This document shows positions 1 through 10,802 of a stretch of DNA of 42,106 bases, piece by piece. The notes below the pieces were generated by a model, which had not been told where the DNA came from, ran no database searches, and worked only from the letters and a program-made list of their open reading frames with translations. Source of the DNA: an uncultured Archaeoglobaceae archaeon (GTDB taxonomy: Archaea; Halobacteriota; Archaeoglobi; Archaeoglobales; Archaeoglobaceae); contig CALIUJ010000109.1 of assembly GCA_938048785.1 (NCBI GenBank), positions 1 through 42,106 on the forward strand, read 5' to 3'. Each line of letters opens with the position of its first letter. Within the stretch, counting starts at the first letter, position 1. Position numbers and translations under genes: made by a program.

Positions 1-29
1 GTTTTAAGTAAAGGTCTAAGAAAGTTGAT

Positions 30-299
30 ATGCTCACGAGCTACGCATCCAAGGTTCTCGACTCGTTTGAGTCGTTGATGAAAATGCTTGAGAACGAAAA
101 CGGCAACCTCGTGATCTACGATGATCCTTTAAAGCTCGTCATAAAAAGGGAAAGGGTCGAGTTCTACGTTGATGGAGAGTTTCACGGTTTCGTGGACAGA
201 AATTCAGCAGAGCTTAGCGATCTCGTAATCGTGGAGGCGGAGATGTGGCTTAAAGCTTTGGCAAATTTGCACTTCAAGAGATTCAGTTTGAGGAAGTGA
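30..299 (+). CDS. Hypothetical small acidic protein (89 aa), probably translationally coupled to the downstream radical-SAM gene
   Basis: Intact ORF. The TGA stop at 297-299 is followed 1 nt later by the ATG of the next gene. It has no Cys residues and I recognise no family motif. Confidence 0.45.
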   Translation: MLTSYASKVLDSFESLMKMLENENGNLVIYDDPLKLVIKRERVEFYVDGEFHGFVDRNSAELSDLVIVEAEMWLKALANLHFKRFSLRK

Positions 300-300
300 T

Positions 301-1200
301 ATGGATCTCCCACCTTTTCGTCCACCGAGCGAGGCTTTTAGCTATCTTATTCGCGTCGTTCGTGGTTGTAACTGGAACAGATGTGCATTCTGTTCAATGT
401 ATAAAAACCTGAAATTTGAGCAAAGACCGAAGGAAGAGATATTTAGAGATATCGATGAGATCCCAAAGTTCTTTCCAAGATCGAAGTCCGCCTTTCTTGG
501 TGATTCAAATCCGCTAATTCACAAAGACATCGTTGAAATCGTTCGCTATCTGAAAAACAATAGACCCGAGGTTGAGAGGATAACTGCATATGCGAGAATC
601 AAAACCATTGCAAACATGCGGGAAGAGAAGCTGAGGGAACTGAAATCCGCGGGACTTACGAGATTGCACATGGGTCTTGAGAGTGGTGATGAAGAAGTCT
701 TGAAAAAAGTCAGTAAGGGGATAACACCAAGGGATGCGATCGAAGCTGGTAAAAAAGCTGGAAAGTTTTTCGAGACGACTTACTACGTTATCACGGGTCT
801 TGGGGGAGTTGAAAGGAGCAAAGAACACGCTGAGAACACTGCAAAGGTGATAAACGAAGCGAAACCGACGTTTGTTAGGATAAGAAATCTCACGATAACT
901 AATCCAGAGATGCAGAGAATTTTGGAGCCTTTGAACGCAGAGCAACAGCTCGAAGAGTTGCGAAATCTCTTGTCGGGGATAAAGGTCGAGACTTACTTCA
1001 CATGCGACCATGTTTCGAATTACATCTTCACAGATCGCGGTTTGGTCTTTAGAGGAGTTCACGGCAGGATTCCGGAGGAAAAGGAAGAGATGCTCAAGAG
1101 CATCGAAGATACTCTCGAAACTATCAAAGCACTGAGAAAGGCTGGAATGAAGGTTTTGACGAGCAACGATATGTTCAGGCTTGGTCTTATAACATTGTAA
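301..1200 (+). CDS. Radical SAM domain protein with a non-canonical CX4CX2C cluster motif
   Basis: N-terminal 'VRGCNWNRCAFCSMY' has three Cys spaced 4 and 2 residues apart. 'HMGLESGDEEVL' resembles the SAM-binding region of Elp3/B12-rSAM-type radical SAM cores. There is no C-terminal SPASM-type Cys cluster. Confidence 0.8.
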   Translation: MDLPPFRPPSEAFSYLIRVVRGCNWNRCAFCSMYKNLKFEQRPKEEIFRDIDEIPKFFPRSKSAFLGDSNPLIHKDIVEIVRYLKNNRPEVERITAYARIKTIANMREEKLRELKSAGLTRLHMGLESGDEEVLKKVSKGITPRDAIEAGKKAGKFFETTYYVITGLGGVERSKEHAENTAKVINEAKPTFVRIRNLTITNPEMQRILEPLNAEQQLEELRNLLSGIKVETYFTCDHVSNYIFTDRGLVFRGVHGRIPEEKEEMLKSIEDTLETIKALRKAGMKVLTSNDMFRLGLITL

Positions 1201-1264
1201 CTCTTTCTTAAGGATGGATTTGAGTTAACGGGAAATCATGCTAAACCTAAGCAAGAACGCAAGC

Positions 1265-1272
1265 TTAAAATA
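1265..1272 (+). promoter_or_regulatory. TATA-box-like element (TTAAAATA) for tfe
   Basis: AT-rich octamer centred about 27 nt upstream of GTG 1297. This suggests a leaderless or near-leaderless transcript. Confidence 0.4.
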
Positions 1273-1296
1273 GGTGCATGTGTATATGTTACGAAT

Positions 1297-1809
1297 GTGA
1301 AAGCACTGATGAAGGGCGACGAGCTCGTAGCTGAACTCGTCTCGAGGGTTGCGGGGGAAATTGGTGCAATTCTTTATTCTCTCGGTATAAAAGACGAGTT
1401 CACAGACGATCAATTGGCTCTTGAGCTTGGCATCGAGATCAACGAAATACGGAGAGCTTTGTTCGCAATGTACGAAGTCGGTCTCGCGGAATATAGGAGA
1501 AAGAAAGACGATGAAACGGGATGGATGGAGTATTATTGGAAGATAAGATACGATAGAGCAAAACTCGTGCTGAGAAAAGAGCTTGAAAAGACAAAGGAGA
1601 AGCTGGAGAAAAAACTCGAGACCGAGAGTGAGGAGATTTACTACGTTTGTCCAAACGTGTGCGTCAAGGTTAGCTACGATGAAGCGATAGCAATGAACTT
1701 CCTCTGCCCTAAATGTGGTTCAAGAATCGAGTTTCTCGACAGCAGTCGCGCGGTTGAGAAGGTCAAAGAGGAAATTGAGAACATCGAAAAGATATTAGCA
1801 AGTCTTTGA
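1297..1809 (+). CDS. tfe: Transcription factor E (TFE alpha, TFIIE-alpha homologue)
   Basis: N-terminal winged-helix-like region, central charged helix and a C-terminal Zn ribbon ('YYVCPNVC...FLCPKCGS'). The start is GTG 1297, with an in-frame ATG alternative at 1309. Confidence 0.85.
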   Translation: MKALMKGDELVAELVSRVAGEIGAILYSLGIKDEFTDDQLALELGIEINEIRRALFAMYEVGLAEYRRKKDDETGWMEYYWKIRYDRAKLVLRKELEKTKEKLEKKLETESEEIYYVCPNVCVKVSYDEAIAMNFLCPKCGSRIEFLDSSRAVEKVKEEIENIEKILASL

Positions 1810-2589
1810 ACATTGCCTTAGAATTTCTTCTCGAATCTTTCTACCAGCTACTATACTCTTTTCGAGAACTTCTTCAAACAGGGATTCGTTTAGCAAGTAG
1901 TCTCCGCTCTTCTGGATTGCAACAACTTCGTCGTTTCTGCCAACGCTTATCGTTATCGTCTTATCGCCTACGCTCATCTCATCTCGTGATGGATCGATGA
2001 GAAACTTTTCGCCGATGATCAGCGATGTAACGCTAACAGGAATATCGTTTATGGGCAACTTGAAGTCTTCTCCGACCCCAAACCTACTCGCAGGAACTTT
2101 TGCATCGAGTAGAGCACATATCGAAGCTATTGCAGATGCGTCAAGCAAATTACCATCGTCGTCGAGCGCGTGGATGTCGACGAAGATTATCCAAACCTTC
2201 TTCCCCTCTTCGATGCACAACTTCGAAAGATCGACCGCTTCGCTTTCCCTTATTCCGCGATCAACAACTCTCGCAAGTTCAACGGAGTTCTCATCTGGCG
2301 GACCTGGCTCAAAGGTTGGTGAAGCCAACGGAACGAGTTCTGCGTTCACTATTATAACCCCCTTGTCTGGCGTATCTGGAAAAGGCTCTCCTGGTTGCAT
2401 TTTTACGCCTACCACGACTTGTGTGTTACCAAGCTTGACGAGCGCGGACCCTTCGGCTTTCTCTATCAAACCAGTCTTTATCTCAACTTTCCTAAACTCA
2501 TCGAACTTTCTACCATCTATTCTCTCTCCTTCTCTGAGCTTTGAAAGAACGTAGTCTTTCTTAACCTCTGAGAGAATGTCCTCAGTCAT
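1795..2589 (-). CDS. rrp42: Exosome complex component Rrp42 (RNase PH-like, non-catalytic)
   Basis: RNase PH-fold sequence directly downstream of rrp41 in the conserved archaeal exosome operon. Its 3' end overlaps the convergent tfe by 15 nt. Confidence 0.9.
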   Translation of the reverse strand: MTEDILSEVKKDYVLSKLREGERIDGRKFDEFRKVEIKTGLIEKAEGSALVKLGNTQVVVGVKMQPGEPFPDTPDKGVIIVNAELVPLASPTFEPGPPDENSVELARVVDRGIRESEAVDLSKLCIEEGKKVWIIFVDIHALDDDGNLLDASAIASICALLDAKVPASRFGVGEDFKLPINDIPVSVTSLIIGEKFLIDPSRDEMSVGDKTITISVGRNDEVVAIQKSGDYLLNESLFEEVLEKSIVAGRKIREEILRQCSKTC

Positions 2590-3316
2590 TCTCTTCCTCC
2601 TCCAAGAACCTCTTCATTATCGCCTCCCTTTGGAGTTGGTAAATCTCCATCGCCCCCTTCTTTGCGAGCTTCATCGCCTCTTTTATCTCCTCTTTTGTCA
2701 TTCTACCGTCCATCTGGAGCAAGGCTATCGACTCGATTTTTCCACCGCGAATTAAGAATGCGAAAGGCATGTCCGCTTCACCAAAGTTGTCCTCTTCCTT
2801 CATTGGATCGAGCACCAACGTGCCATCTACTTTTGCAACCGCAACAGACGTGAGAATCCCCTTTATCGGAATTCCCGCATCAACTAAAGCAACGCTCGCA
2901 GCGTTTATACATGCAGTTCTACTCCCCGCATCCGCCTGAAGAACTTCGACGAAGATGTCTATGACACTCCTTGGAAAAAGCTCCTTCATTATCACCGCTT
3001 CAAACGCTTCCTTGCTAACCTTCGATATCTCCACGCTTCTCCTGTCTGGTCCGGGACGTTTTCGCTCTTCAACGCTGAAGGGAGCCATGTTGTAGCGGTA
3101 TCTCACCACCGCCTTCGTTGGATCCTGGATATGCCTCGGATGCGCCTCTCTTGGTCCGTAAACTGCTGCAACGACTCTATTCTTACCCATTTCTAAGTAG
3201 CAAGATCCATCTGCTCTTTTCAAGAAGTCTACCTCGATCCTGATAGGTCTAAGCTCGTCCGGTTTTCTACCATCAAGCCTTTTACCATCTACTATTAGTC
3301 TTTCAGGCTTGTGCAT
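2582..3316 (-). CDS. rrp41: Exosome complex exonuclease Rrp41 (RNase PH-like, catalytic)
   Basis: '[15 protein letters not shown]', '[14 protein letters not shown]' and '[20 protein letters not shown]' are typical Rrp41/RNase PH motifs. The gene overlaps rrp42 by 8 nt. Confidence 0.92.
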   Translation of the reverse strand: MHKPERLIVDGKRLDGRKPDELRPIRIEVDFLKRADGSCYLEMGKNRVVAAVYGPREAHPRHIQDPTKAVVRYRYNMAPFSVEERKRPGPDRRSVEISKVSKEAFEAVIMKELFPRSVIDIFVEVLQADAGSRTACINAASVALVDAGIPIKGILTSVAVAKVDGTLVLDPMKEEDNFGEADMPFAFLIRGGKIESIALLQMDGRMTKEEIKEAMKLAKKGAMEIYQLQREAIMKRFLEEEEND

Positions 3317-3968
3317 TTTTCCTCCCCTTTATGAATTCTGCAACCCTATCCGTTAAACCTTCCGTATGCGCTTCTTCTTCGATGAGATAAATAACTTCTT
3401 CCGCGATCGAAATCTTTTTCCTATCTCCATTTAGCCATATCAATCCATTTTGACCCACGATCATCTGGACATCCAACTCGCTCTTTATGAGCTTGATCAT
3501 GCTTCCCTTTTTGCCTATGACCCTTGGAACCCTCGCAGGGTTTATTGCAACGATTCTTCCAAATCTTATCGCTCTGCATATCTTGTCCTTCATGGTAACC
3601 GTTACCTTCATCCTCGGATCTATGTTCACAACCTTCGCTATCACCGCATCGCCCATATCAAGGACATCGCTGATCTTCTTCCCCGGCTTTGTTTCTGGGT
3701 TTTCCATCGCGGGCAGAAAAGCTTGGTATGGGGAATTTATGTCGAGAGTCCAGCCATTTGCAGACACTTCTCTAACTATTCCTATCACCGTATCCCCCAC
3801 CGAGGGCACGTATTTGCCCTTCAGTGGTATAACTCTTATAGAGTTCTCCGTTTCCTCAAAAAGCCCGAGTATTTTTGCGTAAACTTTATCTCCTTCAACG
3901 TAAGTGCCGTAGCCGGCAATTTTTGGATTGTTCGAAAGAAAATCTCCCGGAAGAACTATGCGTCTCAT
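3303..3968 (-). CDS. rrp4: Exosome RNA-binding cap subunit Rrp4 (N-terminal, S1 and KH domains)
   Basis: S1-like '[18 protein letters not shown]' and KH GXXG loop '[10 protein letters not shown]'. Operon position is upstream of rrp41. Confidence 0.9.
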   Translation of the reverse strand: MRRIVLPGDFLSNNPKIAGYGTYVEGDKVYAKILGLFEETENSIRVIPLKGKYVPSVGDTVIGIVREVSANGWTLDINSPYQAFLPAMENPETKPGKKISDVLDMGDAVIAKVVNIDPRMKVTVTMKDKICRAIRFGRIVAINPARVPRVIGKKGSMIKLIKSELDVQMIVGQNGLIWLNGDRKKISIAEEVIYLIEEEAHTEGLTDRVAEFIKGRKNAQA

Positions 3969-3969
3969 C

Positions 3970-4671
3970 CTATATTCTCTTCAAGACCTTTGTTAATGCC
4001 TCGCCTTTCGTCGTTCTTCCGAGCAAGTCCATTAGATCCCCGTACATACCTGTTGGTATCCTCATTACGCATATCCAACTTCCGTCTTTTTGCCACTCCT
4101 CCTTAATCACTCCTCCGAAGTTGTAAAGCGCAGAAATAGCTTTACCAGCGTATTCAGCTGGGACCTTTATCGCTATCTCCATCTCTTCGAACTTGAGTGG
4201 TAGAATTGGTTTCAAAGCTTTGACCACATCTTTTATCTGTGCTTCAACGGACTTGAAGATATCTATGTGTACCCTCGCCTCCTCTAAAGCCCTTTCAATC
4301 CTTGTAGGCGGATGTGGAGCACTTGTTCTCGGATCTATCGCGTTCTTACTTATGAAGGCGATTATCTGTCTTTTTTTTGCCTCGAGCATTTCTCTTCTTT
4401 GTTCTGCGGTTATCTGAACCTCCCCTTCAAGGATTATCTTCTTCGCTATCTCGCGTATATCCGTTGTTCCGAAGTTTTTCTGCAGTTCTTCAGCCGGAAT
4501 CCTTTCCCCTTTTTTCGCGTTCTTGAAAACTTCTTCAACAGCCAATAGGTCGTCGAAGTTGACCTCTTTTCCCTCCTTCAGATCTCTCGCGAGGTAAGGG
4601 TCTACGAGGATCTCGAAGTCTGATCCGCCCTTTCGAAGTTTCGCAATGACAGCCTTCTCAAGGGATACCAT
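3970..4671 (-). CDS. sdo1: SBDS/Sdo1 family ribosome maturation protein
   Basis: '[16 protein letters not shown]' FYSH-domain N-terminus. It holds the conserved position between psmA and rrp4 in the archaeal exosome/proteasome superoperon. Confidence 0.9.
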   Translation of the reverse strand: MVSLEKAVIAKLRKGGSDFEILVDPYLARDLKEGKEVNFDDLLAVEEVFKNAKKGERIPAEELQKNFGTTDIREIAKKIILEGEVQITAEQRREMLEAKKRQIIAFISKNAIDPRTSAPHPPTRIERALEEARVHIDIFKSVEAQIKDVVKALKPILPLKFEEMEIAIKVPAEYAGKAISALYNFGGVIKEEWQKDGSWICVMRIPTGMYGDLMDLLGRTTKGEALTKVLKRI

Positions 4672-4672
4672 A

Positions 4673-5413
4673 TCATTTCTTCAACTCAGCCCTTATCCTC
4701 TCGTTCGCCTTATCTACGAACTTCTTAACTTCTTCAACGCTCATTTCCCTGTATACTCTCTCTTTTGTCTTAACGTAGCCTACTTCAACGTTTTCAGCTT
4801 GAACCTCGCCCTCGATGCTCTTGCCCATTGCAACCAATGCCAAGATCAAAGCCTCCTCAAAGGTCATGTTATCGCGATACTCTTTCTCGAAGAACTCCAT
4901 CACGACGTTTCTGCCCATTCCTATTGCGGTTGCCTTGTATTCAAGCAGTGCTCCGCTTGGATCTGTCTCATATAGCTTTGGAACTGCATCAACGCCCGCG
5001 ATGAGAAGTGAAACACCAAACGGGCGAACTCCTCCAAATTGGGTGAACTGCTGTTTGAAATCGCAAATCCTCTTTGCGAGCTCTTTGACCGTTATTGGTT
5101 CCTCGTAGGTCAGTCTATTTATCTGCGCTTCGATCCTTGCACGTTCGATCAAAATTCTCGCATCTGCTACTAATCCAGAGGTTGCAGCGCATATGTGTTC
5201 GTCGATTTTGTAGATCTTTTCTATGGTGTCTGATTCAAGCAGTCTGGAGCCCACTCTTCTATCCGCAACCAAGATGACTCCCTCATTTACCTTTATACCT
5301 ATGGCGGTTGCACCCCTTTTGACAGCTTCTCTTGCATACTCAACTTGGAACAATCTTCCATCAGGGCTGAAAACTGTAATCGCCCTGTCGTAACCCATCT
5401 GCGGGAGATTCAC
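4673..5413 (-). CDS. psmA: 20S proteasome alpha subunit
   Basis: '[27 protein letters not shown]' is the canonical alpha-subunit N-terminal signature. Confidence 0.95.
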   Translation of the reverse strand: MNLPQMGYDRAITVFSPDGRLFQVEYAREAVKRGATAIGIKVNEGVILVADRRVGSRLLESDTIEKIYKIDEHICAATSGLVADARILIERARIEAQINRLTYEEPITVKELAKRICDFKQQFTQFGGVRPFGVSLLIAGVDAVPKLYETDPSGALLEYKATAIGMGRNVVMEFFEKEYRDNMTFEEALILALVAMGKSIEGEVQAENVEVGYVKTKERVYREMSVEEVKKFVDKANERIRAELKK

Positions 5414-5742
5414 GATACCACCTCCAATTTCTTTCTACACTTTTTGATGGTTCCACTAACTCCGAGTGTGATCAAAGCCACATCTTCTTCTCCGACCTTA
5501 TCCATGAGCGTCATCGCGATCATAACCTTTTCTAAGGCTTCGAGTTTAGACGAAACAATCCCCTTTCTCCCATCGAATTCTTCGAGCTTGAATCCAGCGT
5601 CAAACGCTTCGGTTTCTCCGAACAACGAGATCAAGTTTTTCATCATCGCATCCCATAGCTCTCTCTCGTTTACGCTACTTTCAGATATAATCTTGAACGC
5701 AATATATCTTTTTCTACTTCTCATCGATGGTGGTAATTTCAT
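5410..5742 (-). CDS. rnp2: RNase P protein component 2 (Pop5 homologue)
   Basis: 'LPPSMRSRKRYIAFKI' is a Pop5-type N-terminus. I place the start at ATG 5742 rather than ORF-track 5775, which removes the overlap with the SepCysS stop. The gene overlaps the psmA start by 4 nt. Confidence 0.8.
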   Translation of the reverse strand: MKLPPSMRSRKRYIAFKIISESSVNERELWDAMMKNLISLFGETEAFDAGFKLEEFDGRKGIVSSKLEALEKVMIAMTLMDKVGEEDVALITLGVSGTIKKCRKKLEVVS

Positions 5743-5761
5743 GTTTAGCGACGAGTTTACT

Positions 5762-7386
<1,625 letters not shown>

Positions 7387-8631
7387 TCACTCTTGAACGT
7401 TGTTTGACCTAAAATCCTTTTTTAGAAATTCTCGAAGAAAAACAGTTCCATAACAACCCGCAGGGAGATAGAATTCAAAGAGACAGTCTTTAAATCTAAG
7501 ATCTGTTATTTTCAATGGAATTTCTGCACTCCGGTAGGAACCGCTTGAGGAGAACTCCTTCTCATCTGTTTTGAAGCTCGAAATATCCAAGTTATCTTCT
7601 GCAAGAAACTCCTTTGCAACTTTGCACCAGCCATCAAGCTGGGTTTCGTAGCCTATCAGCGGAAGAGCGAGCGTCGCGTAGCCTTCTTTCATCAAAAAAT
7701 CAACCCTCCTCTTGTTGATTCCAACCTTGCTGAAATCGGTAAAGCTGGGTTTTTTTGTCTTGTAGGTCACATAACAAGCCCAATCGTCTTCAAAAATGGT
7801 CTTAAGGGTTCCAAACTCTTCAATCCTCTTTGAAAGGAGTTTGTTGAAAAGATACGATTGATAAGCGTGAACGAACATCATCTTCAGCGTCTTTGGTAGC
7901 GATAGGAGTGCATCTTTCTCATCGTAGCCTTCTTTCAGTTTCTGGAGAAGTGTTCTTTCGTAAACGAGATGTTTTGGAAACTCTTTCAAGCCAAAGCTCG
8001 GATCTCTGCAATCCCAAAGTTCTCGTCTGATCCTTGTTATCTCCTCATTCTCGACCTCGCTTGGCTTAGCAACGTAGACCCAGAAAGCCTCCTTGAAGTC
8101 TTGCTGTAGGATGAGTTTTCCAACTTCGTGAGTGATAAATCGAGTTCCAAACCTTTGCTCACCAAAGAAATTCGGAATACCTTTTTCCTCGAGCTCAACT
8201 CTAATTTTGGCAAATCTCTCTCCATTTTTGCATCCGCGAACCGTTATCTTGAAAAAGTTTCCCAAGAGATCTCCAAGTCTTATTTCACGTCTTGAATACC
8301 CAAGGAAATCGATCTCCACGTCCTTAAGGCTCACTTTCTTTAGATCTTCCCCTTTTGCACCTTTTATCGAGAAATACTGCACGGTCACAGCTCTCTTGTC
8401 TTTCGTTCCCGCAAATGAAATCTTTTTTTGGCTCATCCTGAGCACTTTTGCCATCTGCTTGACGAGCCTTAGGGTGTCCCAGTTCTTTTTCGTCACTTTT
8501 ACGATGCAGTAGTCCCCATCTCCAAGTTCGAGATCGATTACCTCTTCTACATAGAAGTCCTCGGGACTCCTCTTTATTTCCCCGCCCATCCCCGGGGTTT
8601 TTGTCAGGAAACACTTTATTCCGATGTCCAC
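7387..8631 (-). CDS. truD: tRNA pseudouridine synthase TruD/Pus7 family
   Basis: 'FAGTKDKRAVTVQ' with the catalytic Asp, and 'IPNFFGEQRFG'. The start is GTG 8631. The stop directly abuts the nuclease start. Confidence 0.85.
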   Translation of the reverse strand: MDIGIKCFLTKTPGMGGEIKRSPEDFYVEEVIDLELGDGDYCIVKVTKKNWDTLRLVKQMAKVLRMSQKKISFAGTKDKRAVTVQYFSIKGAKGEDLKKVSLKDVEIDFLGYSRREIRLGDLLGNFFKITVRGCKNGERFAKIRVELEEKGIPNFFGEQRFGTRFITHEVGKLILQQDFKEAFWVYVAKPSEVENEEITRIRRELWDCRDPSFGLKEFPKHLVYERTLLQKLKEGYDEKDALLSLPKTLKMMFVHAYQSYLFNKLLSKRIEEFGTLKTIFEDDWACYVTYKTKKPSFTDFSKVGINKRRVDFLMKEGYATLALPLIGYETQLDGWCKVAKEFLAEDNLDISSFKTDEKEFSSSGSYRSAEIPLKITDLRFKDCLFEFYLPAGCYGTVFLREFLKKDFRSNNVQE

Positions 8632-8651
8632 TTTTGCTAATAGGAAAACTT

Positions 8652-8659
8652 TTTAATAT
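8652..8659. promoter_or_regulatory. Single AT-rich TATA-like element shared by divergent truD and the HD hydrolase gene
   Basis: TTTAATAT is the only AT-rich box in the 47-bp spacer 8632-8678. It lies about 24-25 nt from each of the start codons (GTG 8631 minus, GTG 8679 plus). Confidence 0.35.
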
Positions 8660-8678
8660 CTTTTTCCCCCACCTTTGT

Positions 8679-9824
8679 GTGGAAAAGACGATCCACGACC
8701 CAATCCACGGCGCTATAAGGGTTGAAGATGAAATTCTTCGCATAATCGACACTCCACAGTTTCAGAGATTGCGCTGGGTTAAACAACTCGGCTTTGCTAA
8801 CCTCGTTTATCCTGGTGCAAATCACACGAGGTTTGAGCACAGCATTGGGACGATGCATTTGGCTAAGATCTTAGCTGAAAAGCTTAAACTTGGCGAAGAA
8901 GTTGTGATCTCCGCTCTTTTGCACGATATCGCTCATTTTCCATTTTCGCACAGTGGTGAAGGCTTGTTGAGGAATCACGCGATGAAACACGAAGACGTTG
9001 AGTTGGCAATAAAGGGAGAGTTGAGGGAAGTTATAAACGAGCTCGGTTTCAGCGTAAGGGAGATAAGGAGAATTGTGAGCGGTGAAGTCAGCTCTATCGT
9101 TTGTGGAGACGTCGACGTTGACAGGATGGACTATCTTGTCAGGGATGCGTATTACACCGGTGTTGCTTATGGAATCGTGGACTTGCCAAGGTTGATGGAG
9201 AAGATAAAGTTCTTGGACGGCGTAGTCGTTGAAGAGGGCGGAATAAGAGCGGTTGAATCTCTGCTGATCTCGCGCTTTTTGATGTATCCCTCCGTTTACT
9301 ATCACCACGTATCCAGAATTGCGACAAAGATGTTCGAAAGAGCTATGGAGAGAGTTATTGAAAAAGGCGTAACTCTCGAGACTCTCTTGGAGATGAACGA
9401 TTGCGAAGCGATGTGGTTGCTGAAGGAACACGAACCAGATTTTTATTCGATGATAAGAAATAGAAAGCTCTTCAAAAGAGCCGTTTACGTGGGCAGAGAA
9501 AGCGTGGATTTGAAGGAAATTTTGAAGATAAACGAAAGAAGAGCGGAAAAAAAGATTGCAGAAATGGCTGGTGTCGATGAGAGGTTCGTAATCGTCGACA
9601 TTCCGAAGATCGAGGAATTCAGAGAATTTTCAATCCGTATTGATGTGAGTGGGAAGCTAAAAAGGATTGAAGAAGTTTCTTCGATTGTTAAAGCGCTGAG
9701 AAACTCTTGGCTCGAAACCTGGAGGCTTGGAGTTTATACAAAAAAGGAGTTCTTAGATGAAGTGAAAAAATGCGCTGTGGAATACTTTGGAATAGATAAG
9801 AGAGTTCAGACTCAGCTTTTCTAA
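8679..9824 (+). CDS. HD-domain phosphohydrolase, SAMHD1/EF1143-like (putative dNTP triphosphohydrolase family)
   Basis: 'IHDPIHGAIRV', 'QRLRWVKQLG', 'HTRFEHSIG', 'ALLHDIAHFPFSH' and 'DVDRMDYLVRDAYYTG'. I call the start at in-frame GTG 8679. The ORF-track ATG 8601 would add 26 non-family residues and overlap truD. Confidence 0.8.
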   Translation: MEKTIHDPIHGAIRVEDEILRIIDTPQFQRLRWVKQLGFANLVYPGANHTRFEHSIGTMHLAKILAEKLKLGEEVVISALLHDIAHFPFSHSGEGLLRNHAMKHEDVELAIKGELREVINELGFSVREIRRIVSGEVSSIVCGDVDVDRMDYLVRDAYYTGVAYGIVDLPRLMEKIKFLDGVVVEEGGIRAVESLLISRFLMYPSVYYHHVSRIATKMFERAMERVIEKGVTLETLLEMNDCEAMWLLKEHEPDFYSMIRNRKLFKRAVYVGRESVDLKEILKINERRAEKKIAEMAGVDERFVIVDIPKIEEFREFSIRIDVSGKLKRIEEVSSIVKALRNSWLETWRLGVYTKKEFLDEVKKCAVEYFGIDKRVQTQLF

Positions 9825-10495
9825 TCCTCCAATCTTCTTCTCACCGCTGGATCTCTTATCGCTATCTCTCTCAGCGCAGATTCAAAGCTATCCCCACCAT
9901 GTATTCTCTCGCACAAATAGATCCCGGTTCTTCCGATCTCTTTCCTCCTCTCCAGAACCCTTATTCTTTCAAGAACTATGTCTATTGAAACTCCAAGAGT
10001 TTTCGCAACAACGCTTGGATGTATTTCGTGTATAGAAATCTCCTTGTGCCCATTCTCGGTTGGTAATATGAGCATCAATCTTTTGTCAACCCCGGGAACT
10101 CTTTTTTTCGCGAGAACTTCTTCATAACCAATACAACCGCCGAATCGATAGAAATCTATCTCTCTGTCTCTCATTTTTACAAGAGGGAAGCTGACAGTGG
10201 TCTCTTCATCGATTACGATTTCTCCTTTGATTACGTAGCTCGGAGTAGCTTGGACTATTCTTCTTTCAACGATCTCAATCCCATCAAGGGCGAGCTCGAT
10301 GCGGAAAGATGGTAAAAGTTGAGGGATGAATATGTCCACATCGCTCTTTTCCTTCACATCTCCGCGGGCAATGCTACCGTAGATTATGCTTTGAATTCCT
10401 TGTTCAGCGAGCTTTTTCATAAGAACCTTAGCCTTCTCCCTCTTAGCGCTGAAAAGTTCCCACTTTTCCCTATCGTAAATTATCTCGACGCTCAT
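9821..10495 (-). CDS. Pol-beta-superfamily nucleotidyltransferase domain protein
   Basis: 'YGSIARGDVKEKSDVDIF' is the GS...DxD NTase motif. I place the start at ATG 10495, which forms an ATGA overlap with the cutA stop. ORF-track 10516 remains possible. Confidence 0.7.
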   Translation of the reverse strand: MSVEIIYDREKWELFSAKREKAKVLMKKLAEQGIQSIIYGSIARGDVKEKSDVDIFIPQLLPSFRIELALDGIEIVERRIVQATPSYVIKGEIVIDEETTVSFPLVKMRDREIDFYRFGGCIGYEEVLAKKRVPGVDKRLMLILPTENGHKEISIHEIHPSVVAKTLGVSIDIVLERIRVLERRKEIGRTGIYLCERIHGGDSFESALREIAIRDPAVRRRLED

Positions 10496-10800
10496 TCCAC
10501 AGTTTTGTCGATCCAATCTAAGAACTCTCTAAGACCCCTTTCAACTGAGAATGCGCATATACATGGCACAGTGTAGCTGTGGATACTCTTTACGAAATCT
10601 CTGAGCTCAGAAAACTTTTCCGACCTCGTTTTTACGATCATTCCATACTCCTCTGCACTCTGTATCTCGTTTTGCCACCAAAAGAACGACTTTATCGGGA
10701 AAATGTTTACGCAGGCTGCTAACTTCTTTTCGAGCAAAGCCCTTGCGATCTTTTCAGCCTCCTCCTTGGAACTTGCGGTTATGTATACAAAGGTATACAT
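10492..10800 (-). CDS. cutA: Divalent-cation tolerance protein CutA
   Basis: 'YITASSKEEAEKIARALLEKKLAACVNI' and 'FWWQNEI...EEYGMIVKT' match the CutA1 fold signature. The start is ATG 10800, with an alternative GTG at 10806. Confidence 0.85.
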   Translation of the reverse strand: MYTFVYITASSKEEAEKIARALLEKKLAACVNIFPIKSFFWWQNEIQSAEEYGMIVKTRSEKFSELRDFVKSIHSYTVPCICAFSVERGLREFLDWIDKTVE

Positions 10801-10802
10801 CC

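Noticed and set aside
514-1062. A 182-aa antisense ORF inside the radical-SAM gene. Similar long antisense or alternative-frame ORFs occur at 1997-2554, 3450-4106, 8871-9431, 13143-13655, 14416-14901, 15530-15991, 26227-26751 and 35791-36318.
   Set aside because: Each is fully contained within a gene that has strong family signatures on the other strand or frame. None shows motifs, plausible starts or sensible composition.
8601-8678. The ORF-track N-terminal extension of the HD hydrolase (ATG 8601).
   Set aside because: The extra 26 residues (MSGNTLFRCPLLLIGKLFNIFFPHLC) are not part of the family, whose members begin at the 'IHDP.HG' motif. They would also overlap truD on the opposite strand and place the promoter inside truD. 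GTG 8679 is more plausible.
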